DNA of 64,000 bases, from NCBI GenBank assembly GCA_964463985.1, contig CAYXEK010000007.1, positions 3,404 through 67,403 of the forward strand, given 5' to 3'. Positions within the stretch are counted from its first letter, which is position 1; each line of letters opens with the position of its first letter. Shown here one piece after another: positions 9,095 to 19,042 of this stretch. The position numbers and the translations under genes are program-made. Source of the DNA: an uncultured Verrucomicrobiota bacterium. GTDB taxonomy: Bacteria > Verrucomicrobiota > Kiritimatiellia > JAAZAB01. A model generated the notes under the pieces. The model ran no database searches. It saw only the letters and a list, made by a program, of their open reading frames with translations, and was not told the DNA's origin.

Positions 9095-10705
9095 TTACTG
9101 TTTTTTTTTAAAATCATAATTCGCTTCATGATCCCGCCACCATGTTTGCCAATCTTCCAACAATGTATTATACCCGCGATCGGGGTAAATGACGCCGCGA
9201 TATACATACGCGCCGGTGGCGTTTTCCAGTGCCCGGTTGATGGCATTCAACGTCACAGCATCCCTGCGATGTGTTTTCCGCGGGGTTTGCCCCAACAGAT
9301 CAAACAAAGCCGCAATGGCTCTCCGGTCGCCCTTCATTTGTCCTAGGGCGCGGATAATCGTCAACCGCGACTCCGCCGCCGCCCGCTGTCGCAGGTAAGG
9401 GGGATTTAGTTCCAGATCAGCCAGCGCAGCAACAAGGGCGGGCACGGCGGCATGATCGCCGATATTTCCCAATCCCTCTGCGGCGGCATCCCGCACGGAG
9501 CTTTCTGTATCGCGCAATGCTGTTTGCAACGGGGCTAAGGCCCCCGCCCCCATTCCGCTCAGGGCTTTTGTCACCGCTATCCTTACGTCGGTGTCAGCGT
9601 CATTCAGAAGCTCGCTCAGGGCCGCAATACTGTTTTCAGCCTTAAGTGAACCCAAAGCCTCAACCGCCGTCTCCCGCAAGCCAGCAGAGTCATCCGTTAA
9701 AAGCGCGATCAGCGGCGGCGCGGCGCGTTTATCGCCAAGGTTGCCCAAGGCAGCGGCCGCAATAATTCGTAAATCATCATCCGTGGAATCGTGCAACGCA
9801 GCCAGCAGTGGTTCAAAAGCCTGCGGGTCGCGTGTCTGTATGCGTCCCAGAACCTCTGCCGCATGCCGTCGCCCCGCGGCTTCCGCCGAATGCAACGCAC
9901 GTATCGCTAAACCGGCGGCTGGCTCCCCCAGCCAGATCAAAACCTCCGTTGTTTCCGTCCGCTTCTCGGGGTCAGGCGCAGCCAACCCCTCCACCATGAA
10001 ACCGCCCAGATCTTCGAGCATTTCCGCCAGTTGCACCGGCGGCAGGAGTTGCCGCAACGACCAAACGGCCCGCTCACGCACGATCGCATCTCCATCGTCC
10101 AATAACGGAATCATGGCAGCGCATATTTCCGGATCGCCGGCACGCCCCAGCGCTTCCACCACCGCGACCCGAATAGACGGTGTTTCATCCTGCAACAAAT
10201 CAACCAGCGCTTGCGAGGCCGTATTACCGCCGATCATGCCCAGCGCCCGGATGGCGCGCAGGCGCGTATCCGCGCGTTGTGCGCGCAAGAAGCGCCGCGC
10301 TTCAGCTGCCGCGGACGGGCCTAAACGCCCCAGCGCGGTCTCGGCCGCCGCGCGCACAAAACCGTCATCATCGTCCAATAGTTCCGCCAATGGCGCAGCG
10401 GCGCGGTCGGCACAGATTTCGCCAAGCACCCAAGCCGCAAGCCGGCGCGTATCGGCCCGGTCGTGGCGCAAAACCGCAATCAAGGGAGTGACGGCCTGTT
10501 CGCCCGTTGCGACCAATTCCACGGCCGCCTCCGCAGGCGGGTCGTATTCCAGGCGGCCCGGTTGTTCTTCCAATAGTTGCCGTATTAAAGCCGCCACATC
10601 TCCGCCTGCATCAAAACGATTGACTGCTTCCGCCGCGCAAAAGACCGTCCGCAACATCCACACGGACACAATCACTGTTACGCAAATAATGCGCGCTATG
10701 CTCAT
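9095..10705 (-). CDS. HEAT/PBS-lyase repeat protein with N-terminal membrane anchor
   Basis: Repeated (D/E)xxVRxxAxxALGxIG HEAT-like units along the sequence. Start ATG at 10705 overlaps the stop of the upstream gene (ATGA), implying translational coupling. Track ORF extends to 10774. Confidence 0.8.
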   Translation of the reverse strand: MSIARIICVTVIVSVWMLRTVFCAAEAVNRFDAGGDVAALIRQLLEEQPGRLEYDPPAEAAVELVATGEQAVTPLIAVLRHDRADTRRLAAWVLGEICADRAAAPLAELLDDDDGFVRAAAETALGRLGPSAAAEARRFLRAQRADTRLRAIRALGMIGGNTASQALVDLLQDETPSIRVAVVEALGRAGDPEICAAMIPLLDDGDAIVRERAVWSLRQLLPPVQLAEMLEDLGGFMVEGLAAPDPEKRTETTEVLIWLGEPAAGLAIRALHSAEAAGRRHAAEVLGRIQTRDPQAFEPLLAALHDSTDDDLRIIAAAALGNLGDKRAAPPLIALLTDDSAGLRETAVEALGSLKAENSIAALSELLNDADTDVRIAVTKALSGMGAGALAPLQTALRDTESSVRDAAAEGLGNIGDHAAVPALVAALADLELNPPYLRQRAAAESRLTIIRALGQMKGDRRAIAALFDLLGQTPRKTHRRDAVTLNAINRALENATGAYVYRGVIYPDRGYNTLLEDWQTWWRDHEANYDFKKKQ

Positions 10706-13700
10706 CACTCCTCCTTGTCCGTCCTGGTTTCCACGAAGGCCGCTGATTGAACGTCGTTGACGGAACGCGGGCATGCATCCATTAACGCCAGGCCGTGTTG
10801 CGGCATCACATCGTTCGTGAAGGCACGGTCAACCAGAATCCGCCCTTCCGCAGCTATGCGAATTTCCCCTCCCACTTCGCCGGTCTTGTTCAAGCTCACG
10901 GTGTATTCCCGCGTTCCGACTTTGAAGCGCACCCCAGCACAACCAGCGGCGTCAATCAGTTCACAAGCGGCCATCGCCGCAGCGGATGCGTTGCCAACCT
11001 CGATCAAGTGCAAGAAATGATCCTGCTCCCGCGCCGAGCCAGGGCGCACCTCGATCCGCCACCGGCCAACCTGCTCGCAAACATGCCCATCCTCATCCAA
11101 AATTCCCCGCAGCCAATGTTTCGGCAGACTTGGCGGGATCGCCCAGTTTCGGTTCCCGGCCCAGAATTCCCGGCCAGGCCCGCCGACCGCATGAACCGCC
11201 GCATCCTCGGGCAACAGCGTCCGGCAGAATATTTTCCCCTGGCCTTGCACGGCGGAAAACTCCCGTCCGCGTATCGCCGGCTCATTCGCCGTGTGCAGCA
11301 GCCATATCTTCGGATATTCGGCGCGCCGCGAAACCACGCGGTCGAACACCACAAAATGATTGGGCGGCAGAAAGATGAACTGCCGGATCATCTCCGCGCA
11401 TTTATTCGTGTGGTAAACGGGCGTGGCATCCGTTGCCATGTAAGCAAAGCAGCAATCGCTTTCGAACGCCAGCAACTTCGCGTCGCTGGGATATCTGCGC
11501 TGCCCGCCGCTGTTTACCGCACCGTTCGGCATTTCCTCGTCTGCCATATAAATCAGCACTGCGTTATGCGCCACAGTTTGCATATCGTAATGCCGCCCGG
11601 GCGCGCCCGCATGCAACATCGCCCTGGTTCCGCTGTCCAGCGCCAGCCATCCCTTTTTATAGATCGTGAAATGCGTCGTATCGAAATGCGCCTCACTGCG
11701 GCTCGCGCCCCCGGAATATAGCGCATAGGTATCTCCAAGACTAAAGCCGGAAGACATCAGGATAACGCCGCCGATTTCGAAATGGCGCGCTATCGGCATG
11801 CCTGGCGGAATGGCAGCGGGCGGCGCTGCCGCGATATCGATCAGAAATGGGAAAACAGGGAACTGGCCGGCGCCGCCGCCAACGCCTTCTCTTGAGATTC
11901 GTTCCCGCAGATGGCGGGCGATCGCCGCCTGCTCCGGAGATGTCGCGCTGAAGAAATACATGCTTCGCGCCAGATGATCATAAAGCAGTTGCGTTGGCTG
12001 TCCGTCGGCCTTGCGCCAGGAGCGCGAGTAGCCGAAATGCAGCAAGCCCGGATTAAAGCCCAGGGCATTGCGCAGGATGAAGCCCGGTGAAACCACATGC
12101 ACCAGTTCCGGCGGAATGCGTTTCCCCAGCGCCGATTCCCACATGTGCAATACCGGCCACAGTTCGTTCTGCCCTTCCGCGGTGTTATAATCCACCAAAC
12201 CGTGGGTTAGATGGCCCGTCAACCCCTCTTCCAGACGGAGTTTGATGTCGCCGCCATAAACATGCAACCATGCATCGCGCGAAAGAATTTCCAGCGCGCG
12301 CGTGTGCGCGACATCATTGAGATCATCGTCAATTATAAACATGCCCGCGTAACGATACACGTTGCGTTCATAGTAAGATGTATAATGACCAGCTTGTCCA
12401 ACCATTTTATCCTCGCAATGCAAAGTGTACACATATTCCAGCAAATCCGCGCGCAAGGATTCCCGCTCGCTCGGCGGCAGAGCATCCCACACCCAGTCCA
12501 ACGCCGCCATAAAGGCGATCCGCGGGTAACTCCGGCAGCGGGTAACCGTACGCGAAAGAAAATAGTCCATTGTTGCGCGCAACATCCGGCGCACCCGCGC
12601 CAGCGTCGCTTGGTCGCGCGTTACGCGGTAAACAAACGCCGCCTCCATCGCGCGCATTCCCCATTCCTCCGGCTGATTTGCCCAGGACGCGCCCTTCCCT
12701 TCCCATGAATCGAAAATATTCGGCGAGTCCGGCGCATATCCGGCGACACGCGCGCGCATGGCGTCAAAATGAGAGCGCTCGCCACTCAGCGCGCGTTCCA
12801 TCACGCAAGGCCAGCTATCCGCATTAAAAAACATCCGCGGCCTGTCATGGCGCAGGCGCGGCAACTGACGCAAGGTCTCGCGCGCCTGCCTCGCCCGCAA
12901 ACCTATTCCGGAACGTTCGGACACCCCTTCCATATCCAGAATTTTATCCAGTTCGCGTTGCGCATCCGTGTAACGCCGATCATGAATATAAGACCACGCC
13001 CGCTGATAAGCAGCGTCCTGCAACAGGGAGGCCGTCATTCCGCAGACATCATCCGGTGGCGTCACGCCGCCGATCTCCCCAAAACGCGCAATTTCCACCC
13101 GGTCAAATTCCTGGCGCGCCTCTGACGCGCGGCCCTCCGCAAGATATGCCATGCCTATCCCCAAGACCGCCCGCCCGCGTTCGACCGCACGGTGGCGCAC
13201 CGGTGCGCCACCGCCCGGCACATCAACCTCCGCGAGCGCCTCCAACACCCGAAACAGGCCGCGGATACCTTCGTAATCATCATCCCGGGGATCGTTCAGC
13301 CGCGCTTCCGCCAGCCGCCGCAGCGCTTCGAATTTTTGATCGTAATTTTCCGCGGCACGGACAGCCATCTCATACGCCTCGCGGAGCGCCTTAAAATCAA
13401 TAGCGCCTTTTACAAAAAAACCGCCGTGCGCAAGCAATTCGCAGGACCAGCGCATTGCTTCATCATAGGCGGAAGAATGGCGGCAACTATTCGGATTGCC
13501 CGCCGCAAAGGCGAATGAGGCGCTACCTCGCACAATGGCAGCCGCCAGGATGTTTTCGCCCTGCTTCAACGCGAGATCGAAAACATGGTTGTCCGCACGG
13601 ATTGGCGATTTCTTATTGCCATCATCAAGAGTGTCAAACACCGGCTGGCCGTTCAACCACCATTGCATCCACCAGTCGGCGCCGGCGCCCATCCGCAGCG

Positions 13701-14061
13701 TGGCCATCTCGGGCGCCTCGATAACGGCAAACAAATAGATTGTCGCGCCTCTCGGATTGTGTTCCGTAAGCGCATCGAAATCAACCGCCTGTCCGGGCGG
13801 ACAATCAAGCTGGCGCGCCTGGTAAACCTTTCCATTTATCTCAAGTTTTGACGGGATCGCCTTCATATTCTCGCCGGAGAGCAACATGGAACGGCGTGGA
13901 CTTCCGCCCGGCGCAAAGGTGTTGTCCTGTACCACCGGACCGAACACGGTCCATTTCGCCGGACATAATCCGCGGGAATCTGTTGCCGCGGCAAGCGTCG
14001 CCTGCCCCCACATTAACCCAGGCAAAAACAACATCCTTGCCGCAGTCTTGACAAGTTTCAT
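10705..14061 (-). CDS. Large (1118 aa) secreted heparinase-II/III-like / alginate-lyase-fold protein with N-terminal beta-sandwich
   Basis: Signal peptide MKLVKTAARMLFLPGLMWGQATLAAA. N-terminal galactose-binding-like sandwich. C-terminal GWLALDSG...HAGAPGRHYDM...AHNAVLIY resembles the Hepar_II_III domain. Confidence 0.75.
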   Translation of the reverse strand: MKLVKTAARMLFLPGLMWGQATLAAATDSRGLCPAKWTVFGPVVQDNTFAPGGSPRRSMLLSGENMKAIPSKLEINGKVYQARQLDCPPGQAVDFDALTEHNPRGATIYLFAVIEAPEMATLRMGAGADWWMQWWLNGQPVFDTLDDGNKKSPIRADNHVFDLALKQGENILAAAIVRGSASFAFAAGNPNSCRHSSAYDEAMRWSCELLAHGGFFVKGAIDFKALREAYEMAVRAAENYDQKFEALRRLAEARLNDPRDDDYEGIRGLFRVLEALAEVDVPGGGAPVRHRAVERGRAVLGIGMAYLAEGRASEARQEFDRVEIARFGEIGGVTPPDDVCGMTASLLQDAAYQRAWSYIHDRRYTDAQRELDKILDMEGVSERSGIGLRARQARETLRQLPRLRHDRPRMFFNADSWPCVMERALSGERSHFDAMRARVAGYAPDSPNIFDSWEGKGASWANQPEEWGMRAMEAAFVYRVTRDQATLARVRRMLRATMDYFLSRTVTRCRSYPRIAFMAALDWVWDALPPSERESLRADLLEYVYTLHCEDKMVGQAGHYTSYYERNVYRYAGMFIIDDDLNDVAHTRALEILSRDAWLHVYGGDIKLRLEEGLTGHLTHGLVDYNTAEGQNELWPVLHMWESALGKRIPPELVHVVSPGFILRNALGFNPGLLHFGYSRSWRKADGQPTQLLYDHLARSMYFFSATSPEQAAIARHLRERISREGVGGGAGQFPVFPFLIDIAAAPPAAIPPGMPIARHFEIGGVILMSSGFSLGDTYALYSGGASRSEAHFDTTHFTIYKKGWLALDSGTRAMLHAGAPGRHYDMQTVAHNAVLIYMADEEMPNGAVNSGGQRRYPSDAKLLAFESDCCFAYMATDATPVYHTNKCAEMIRQFIFLPPNHFVVFDRVVSRRAEYPKIWLLHTANEPAIRGREFSAVQGQGKIFCRTLLPEDAAVHAVGGPGREFWAGNRNWAIPPSLPKHWLRGILDEDGHVCEQVGRWRIEVRPGSAREQDHFLHLIEVGNASAAAMAACELIDAAGCAGVRFKVGTREYTVSLNKTGEVGGEIRIAAEGRILVDRAFTNDVMPQHGLALMDACPRSVNDVQSAAFVETRTDKEE

Positions 14062-14138
14062 AGCAAACCTTTATTGAAAATAAGAGCACAGTATCGAAGT
14101 GCGCCTGCTGCCTGACCAGCGCAAACGTCTGAGACGCG

Positions 14139-16040
14139 TCACCTAATGCTGAACATCATGCCTATCGGCACGTATTCATAGGCGCCCATGTCTGCCTGTC
14201 TGGTAAAGCGGTCAATCCTGGCGCGTCCGTCAAGGTCCGCTGCGCCTCCCTCCTGCATCCACCCGCGCACCATGCCCGTGTTGATGCAGGGCGACCCGCT
14301 TTGAAGCTGATAGCGCCCTTCCTCGGGCGCGCGGAACAACGGATCCGCCTCGATGTTGGCGGAACCCGGCATTCCGTTTGTGGGGATGGTGCAACAATTC
14401 ATAAAAACGATTTGGCTTCCGGTAGACGAAATACGTCCCCAATTCGAATTCTCTCCGTTCGTTAAATTACCGTAAATGATTGAATTAATTACATTCATAT
14501 TCGTGCTCCAGCTCGCAAACAATCCCGCCACAGCCCCTGTCCCCAACCCCGTATTGCCGGCGATCGTACACGACTCTACCAGCGTACTGCCCACAACATC
14601 GCCTTCAAGGTAAACTCCGCCCCCACGCACGGCACGGTTACTATAGATCAGGCAATTTCGGATTGTAACATTTTGGGAATCGCCGGGAGATGAAATACCG
14701 CCGCCAGCGTCATCCGCCTCGTTCCACGCTATTACGGAATGGGTGATGAGTAAATTACTGCTGGAAGCGTTTTGATAAATGCCAATTCCTCCCCCATCTC
14801 CGTTCGATCCCTGAATGGCATTCCCAACGATCCAGCAATTGCTGATCAAGGTTGAGTGCCCGAGCACTGCTATCCCGCCACCGGGCCGATTCTGCTTATG
14901 AACGTTGCCGCGGATCGTGGAGTTGACAATAGTCCCGCCCATCGGTGTAGCAGTTGTACTGCCGAACCAAACCCCGGCGCCATGGCCATTCGCGTTGGCT
15001 GTTGCAGCGATGGAATTACTCTCGATCAGGCAACCGTCTATCACGCCGCCCAGTTGACATAAGATGCCGGCGCCACCATGGAGGACCTCCTCGTGCAAAC
15101 GAACCCGGCTATGTATCAGGAGGCTGTTTCCCATTTCAACGCCACGCATGCCGGTGTTGGCCTCTATCGTCAGATTCGATGCAAGGGACCCTGCCCCCAA
15201 ATAGACCGCGGGAGCGAACCCCGCCGTAACGCAGCAATTGCTGGCAACTATCGTATCATACATCCTGAGGCCGCTTATGCCGGAGACGATCCTTCCGGCG
15301 ATATGATTAGTATTGTGCATGATGACGCAGCTTTTGAACTTGCCACTACCCGCATGGCAATAAATGGTCCCGGCTGTGTAGTGTGTCAAGTCGCTTGAAT
15401 TTTCCGCAATCAGGCAATCAACCACCTCCACATCCTCATGTATGACCGTCATCGCGCTGCCGCCATACTGGTCTGAGGTTTCCGGATCCAACTGAATCCG
15501 GTTCCTGATAATTGCGCAATTGGTGACCAGGCTGGCTCCATCCAGCCGCATGGCGCCGCCGCCTAAAGTATGCGCTGATTTAACAGCTACATTACCTTCC
15601 ACCCGGCAGTACCGCGCCGTGCCGTTGTTCATTAATATGCCGGCCGCGTATTCCGCGAGGCCATTCGCGATCACGATTCCGTCGAGCATGCCGCTGTTTA
15701 CGTTGAAAACACGGGTGGTGTTGCCGCCGCTCACCACGGTCTCCAGCGCCGGATTATTTGTGCCATAAAGAGCGCGTACCGTCCTGCCATCCGTCAACGC
15801 AATCTCGGCGGCGACCGTAAACTCGCCATTTGAAACCAGCACTACCCCGTTTGGCGCAGCGGCCTCAAGTCCGGCCTGAATCGTGGCCTTCGCCTGTGTC
15901 CAGCTTGCGCCCGAATTGCCGTCCTGACCGTCCAGCGACACATGCACCATATCCAACAATTGACTGTGTACGGACGCGGCCAGCAAAACAAAAACCACGC
16001 AGACCAAAATACGCGCTGATTTTCCGATTCTTGTGTTCAT
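14139..16040 (-). CDS. Right-handed parallel beta-helix repeat protein, secreted
   Basis: Start at ATG 16040 with GGGAGG Shine-Dalgarno upstream gives MNTRIGKSARILVCVVFVLLAASVHS signal peptide. Beta-helix coils throughout (NxxIxxN, GGGIxx). Confidence 0.8.
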   Translation of the reverse strand: MNTRIGKSARILVCVVFVLLAASVHSQLLDMVHVSLDGQDGNSGASWTQAKATIQAGLEAAAPNGVVLVSNGEFTVAAEIALTDGRTVRALYGTNNPALETVVSGGNTTRVFNVNSGMLDGIVIANGLAEYAAGILMNNGTARYCRVEGNVAVKSAHTLGGGAMRLDGASLVTNCAIIRNRIQLDPETSDQYGGSAMTVIHEDVEVVDCLIAENSSDLTHYTAGTIYCHAGSGKFKSCVIMHNTNHIAGRIVSGISGLRMYDTIVASNCCVTAGFAPAVYLGAGSLASNLTIEANTGMRGVEMGNSLLIHSRVRLHEEVLHGGAGILCQLGGVIDGCLIESNSIAATANANGHGAGVWFGSTTATPMGGTIVNSTIRGNVHKQNRPGGGIAVLGHSTLISNCWIVGNAIQGSNGDGGGIGIYQNASSSNLLITHSVIAWNEADDAGGGISSPGDSQNVTIRNCLIYSNRAVRGGGVYLEGDVVGSTLVESCTIAGNTGLGTGAVAGLFASWSTNMNVINSIIYGNLTNGENSNWGRISSTGSQIVFMNCCTIPTNGMPGSANIEADPLFRAPEEGRYQLQSGSPCINTGMVRGWMQEGGAADLDGRARIDRFTRQADMGAYEYVPIGMMFSIR

Positions 16041-16163
16041 ACATTCCTCCCTGTCAGTTTCTGATATTGGCCCCGCTTCGAGGAAATCCGCCCGCGCCCC
16101 GCAGATGCCGCCGCCGCCAGGCTGGCAGACTGCCACCTCTTCCAAACGTCTGGCCCAAAGCAG

Positions 16164-17429
16164 TCATTGCTCATCAATATTCATTTCCGCCCAAGCTTCT
16201 TGCAACGCCTGGTCGCGGCGAATTCGCATGCAATCAAAAGCCAGGTTCCCGACATGCCGGGCGTAAAACGCATGGGGAATGCGGTCCGGCCGCAGAACCC
16301 ATTCGCGCAGATTGTCGTCATACGGCGGCGGCCGGACCGGCCGACCGGACTTTTTGATTGTCATGGCGATATTCCTGAAAACCACATCTTCAATCGGCAT
16401 GCCGGGCAATCCGCAGATGAAAGCGCCACTTTCCGCAGTTATTTCCATATCATTGAAAACCAGATTTTTTATACATCCTTCCGCACCAGCGCCTGAGCCT
16501 ATCCAAAACGGGATGTAAGCATCCATAAGCATATTGGAAAAGCGAATGTTTTCGATATCTGTTCCCCGGCCGCTGCTAGGGCTCCAACGGGAAACAAAAT
16601 GTATACCTGTCCGACTGTTTCGGATAACGCAATTTGCGGCCGCGCAGTTGCGAACCACACCATTGCCCACACCTACCCTGAATGCGCATGTATCGGAGCT
16701 AAGCACGCAATTGGAGACAACCACATTCTCGCAGGCCATGTCCCGATGCTTCAGCCGCCCGTTATTGCCGCGGAAGGTAATACAATCATCACCGCTATCA
16801 ATAATGCAGTTCGTCACGACAACATTCCTGCAACTATCAATATCCAGCCCATCCCCGTTTGGTGTCGCGCGGGGGTTGCGGATACGGACATTGCGAATAA
16901 ATACGTCGGTGCAACCATGACAAAAACACGTCCAATACGTCGAATCATAGAGCGCCACTTCATCAATCTGAACGCGTTCGCACTCGCAGAAATAAATCAT
17001 CTGGCTCGGACGCTTGCCGTAAATGAAAATAAATTTGCCGGATTCTTCGTCTTTTTTGAAAAAAGCCCCGCTATTGCCGTCAATCGCTCCGCGCCCGCTG
17101 ATGGCAACATCCTTAACTTCCAAGCCGACTATCAGATGCCCCCCTGTCGTCTTTTCAATCGCGCTAGCTGAGTTCTGTGGAAAGCAGTTTTCGCCGCAAT
17201 AATCAACTAAATCCGGGCTACCCCGGATGATTGCTCCGGGCAACAGATGTAAATCCACACGATCTTTCAGAAACAGGGTTCCCGTCAGGAAAACTCCAGG
17301 GGGCACGATCACCCGCCCGCCGCCGCCCGCGGAACACCTGTCAATGGCGCTTTGGATGGAAGCCGTATCCTTGTGTGTTCCATCGCCAACAGCCCCATAA
17401 TCCCTAATGTCATGTAAATATGAAGTCAT
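16164..17429 (-). CDS. Glycoside hydrolase family 28 (polygalacturonase/rhamnogalacturonase-like)
   Basis: DYGAVGDGTHKDTASIQSAIDRC N-terminal motif and NPRATPNGDGLDIDSCRNVVVTNCIIDSGDDCITF catalytic region are GH28 signatures. AT-rich promoter-like region at 17430-17530. Confidence 0.9.
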   Translation of the reverse strand: MTSYLHDIRDYGAVGDGTHKDTASIQSAIDRCSAGGGGRVIVPPGVFLTGTLFLKDRVDLHLLPGAIIRGSPDLVDYCGENCFPQNSASAIEKTTGGHLIVGLEVKDVAISGRGAIDGNSGAFFKKDEESGKFIFIYGKRPSQMIYFCECERVQIDEVALYDSTYWTCFCHGCTDVFIRNVRIRNPRATPNGDGLDIDSCRNVVVTNCIIDSGDDCITFRGNNGRLKHRDMACENVVVSNCVLSSDTCAFRVGVGNGVVRNCAAANCVIRNSRTGIHFVSRWSPSSGRGTDIENIRFSNMLMDAYIPFWIGSGAGAEGCIKNLVFNDMEITAESGAFICGLPGMPIEDVVFRNIAMTIKKSGRPVRPPPYDDNLREWVLRPDRIPHAFYARHVGNLAFDCMRIRRDQALQEAWAEMNIDEQ

Positions 17430-17783
17430 GAGAGTTATTAAATATTTTCTATTGATGTTTTAAACTGCAAGTTTAAATCGATATTTCAATCGCGTCAATT
17501 ATCAAGGCGCAATATCTTTTGCATCAACCTGGCACTCTTACACGGTGGCGCATGCCGATCAAACGGCTTTGCGCCTGTTTTGCCATGCGCGTCTCCTATA
17601 ACTTCAATTTTACGCAGCATGACTTCCCCCATGGGGCGCCTGCCTGCTCCACCGGCGGCCAGCTTTGTCCAGCACAGGCCTGAGCTTTGTCGAATCGCTC
17701 AATATTGCAGTTCCTGGATAAGTGATACACATACACCGACCCATCACCATGAATTGCCGTAGCGGCTTTATTCTGCGCTCCCG

Positions 17784-18752
17784 TTAAAATCCAGCCGGCA
17801 CGCGTTCCCGGCGCATGGCGCGGGTTCGATTAAGCAAATCATCAATCGGCTCCACCTGGAATTCATCAAGAATGTCCGCGGCAGTCACATCCTCCCGATC
17901 ACAACAAAGCAGATGCAACGGTTCGCCCTCCACATGCTCCAACCGTACCGTATCGCCGTACTTGCGTTTTACCATCACAGCAAACGGTTCGGAATGTATT
18001 CTGGGAGCGTAGTGATATATCTGAAAGTCGAGATTGACCCGGGCGGTAAAATAAGTTTGTATCCCGCTGTCAAACGATTTTTTAACAATCCCTCCAATCG
18101 GATTGACGATGTAGGCTTCGCCGAATTCCACCGCGCTGGCCATATACATCCGGCAATCGCGCGCATACGCGGGCAAACGTGTACCGCCATGCATGGACGA
18201 CAGGAAACAGCATAGTTCAACTTTTTCCCGCCGATAAAACTCAAACAACTCCGGGAAATGCAAATCGAAACAAACGGCTATGCCGATCCGCCCAAAATCG
18301 GTTTCGAATGCTATTGGAGCTTCGCCTGGCGTCACTTCGTGTTTGCTCATCTCGCTCGGAGCGGGAAATATCTTGTCGTAAACACCCGCCACGCGGCCTG
18401 CCCGGTCAAATAGGACGCCGGAATTAAACAAGCGCCCGGAAGCCGGATCAATCCTGCCGATACCGGCAGCGATATAAATGTTATATTGCCGGGCCTTGCG
18501 CGCCAAAAACTCCTGGATATAACCTTCGCCGGGAATTGGTTCGGCCAATTCTCGTCCCGTCATTTCGTGGCCGCTGTCGTCCATAAGCGAGTTTGACAAA
18601 AAGTGCTCAGGCAGCAGCATTATATCCGGCTTATCCAAAGCGGCGCGATCAATCAGGAGTTCCCATATCTCGCGCACGCGGTCGCGTCCCTTACGGACAT
18701 CGTTAACTTTATTCATATACCGCATGGTTGCCACTTTTACCCAACGAGCCAT
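17784..18752 (-). CDS. Carbon-nitrogen hydrolase (nitrilase superfamily) protein
   Basis: IGIAVCFDLHFPE catalytic-Cys segment and DIMLLPE Glu region. Start may be an internal Met (M10/M13). Confidence 0.85.
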   Translation of the reverse strand: MARWVKVATMRYMNKVNDVRKGRDRVREIWELLIDRAALDKPDIMLLPEHFLSNSLMDDSGHEMTGRELAEPIPGEGYIQEFLARKARQYNIYIAAGIGRIDPASGRLFNSGVLFDRAGRVAGVYDKIFPAPSEMSKHEVTPGEAPIAFETDFGRIGIAVCFDLHFPELFEFYRREKVELCCFLSSMHGGTRLPAYARDCRMYMASAVEFGEAYIVNPIGGIVKKSFDSGIQTYFTARVNLDFQIYHYAPRIHSEPFAVMVKRKYGDTVRLEHVEGEPLHLLCCDREDVTAADILDEFQVEPIDDLLNRTRAMRRERVPAGF

Positions 18753-18850
18753 TGTCCCCTCCCCGACACTTATTTGCCAAAGTTGCTTTCAAAAACCCAC
18801 TGAAAACTGATCACCCCATAAGCGCCTCCTTCAAAAGCATGTTAAATATC

Positions 18851-18907
18851 TATTTCAGACCCCATCATTCCCAACACCGCCATCACCCGTTTTTCTGAAT
18901 TCATTAT
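18851..18907 (-). pseudogene. Remnant duplicated 5' end of the URO-D-family gene (MNSEKRVMAVLG...), 19-codon fragment
   Basis: 18873-18921 plus 19043-19052 are near-identical to 9038-9093 (promoter, ATG and first 11 codons of the gene at 7927-9069). The copy is interrupted by a MITE at 18922-19042. Confidence 0.6.
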
Positions 18908-18921
18908 AAATCGTTTTATGT

Positions 18922-19042
18922 GATCCAATTTTAAAAGTCTTGGCCGGCGTGAAAGCCGGCCCTCCAAGAATACAAAAACCGCAGGTTTTTGGAAGTTTGG
19001 GTTACACCCCAGCCGTTCTGTGCGGACTTTTGAAATTGGCTC
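18922..19042. mobile_element. MITE-like element copy A (~121 bp)
   Basis: Terminal inverted repeats GATCCAATTTTAAAAGTC...GACTTTTGAAATTGGCTC. Flanked by direct ATGT (18918-18921 and 19043-19046). Paralogous uninterrupted site at 9076-9090 carries a single ATGT. Internal hairpin ccggcgtgaaagccgg. Confidence 0.75.

Noticed and set aside
9591-10760. 389-aa plus-strand ORF
   Set aside because: Antisense to the HEAT-repeat gene. Ser/Ala/Arg-rich low-complexity translation.
17805-17830. tRNA-like T-arm motif (gcgggttcgatt)
   Set aside because: Lies inside the nitrilase-family CDS and no cloverleaf can be built. I found no tRNA or rRNA genes in the window.
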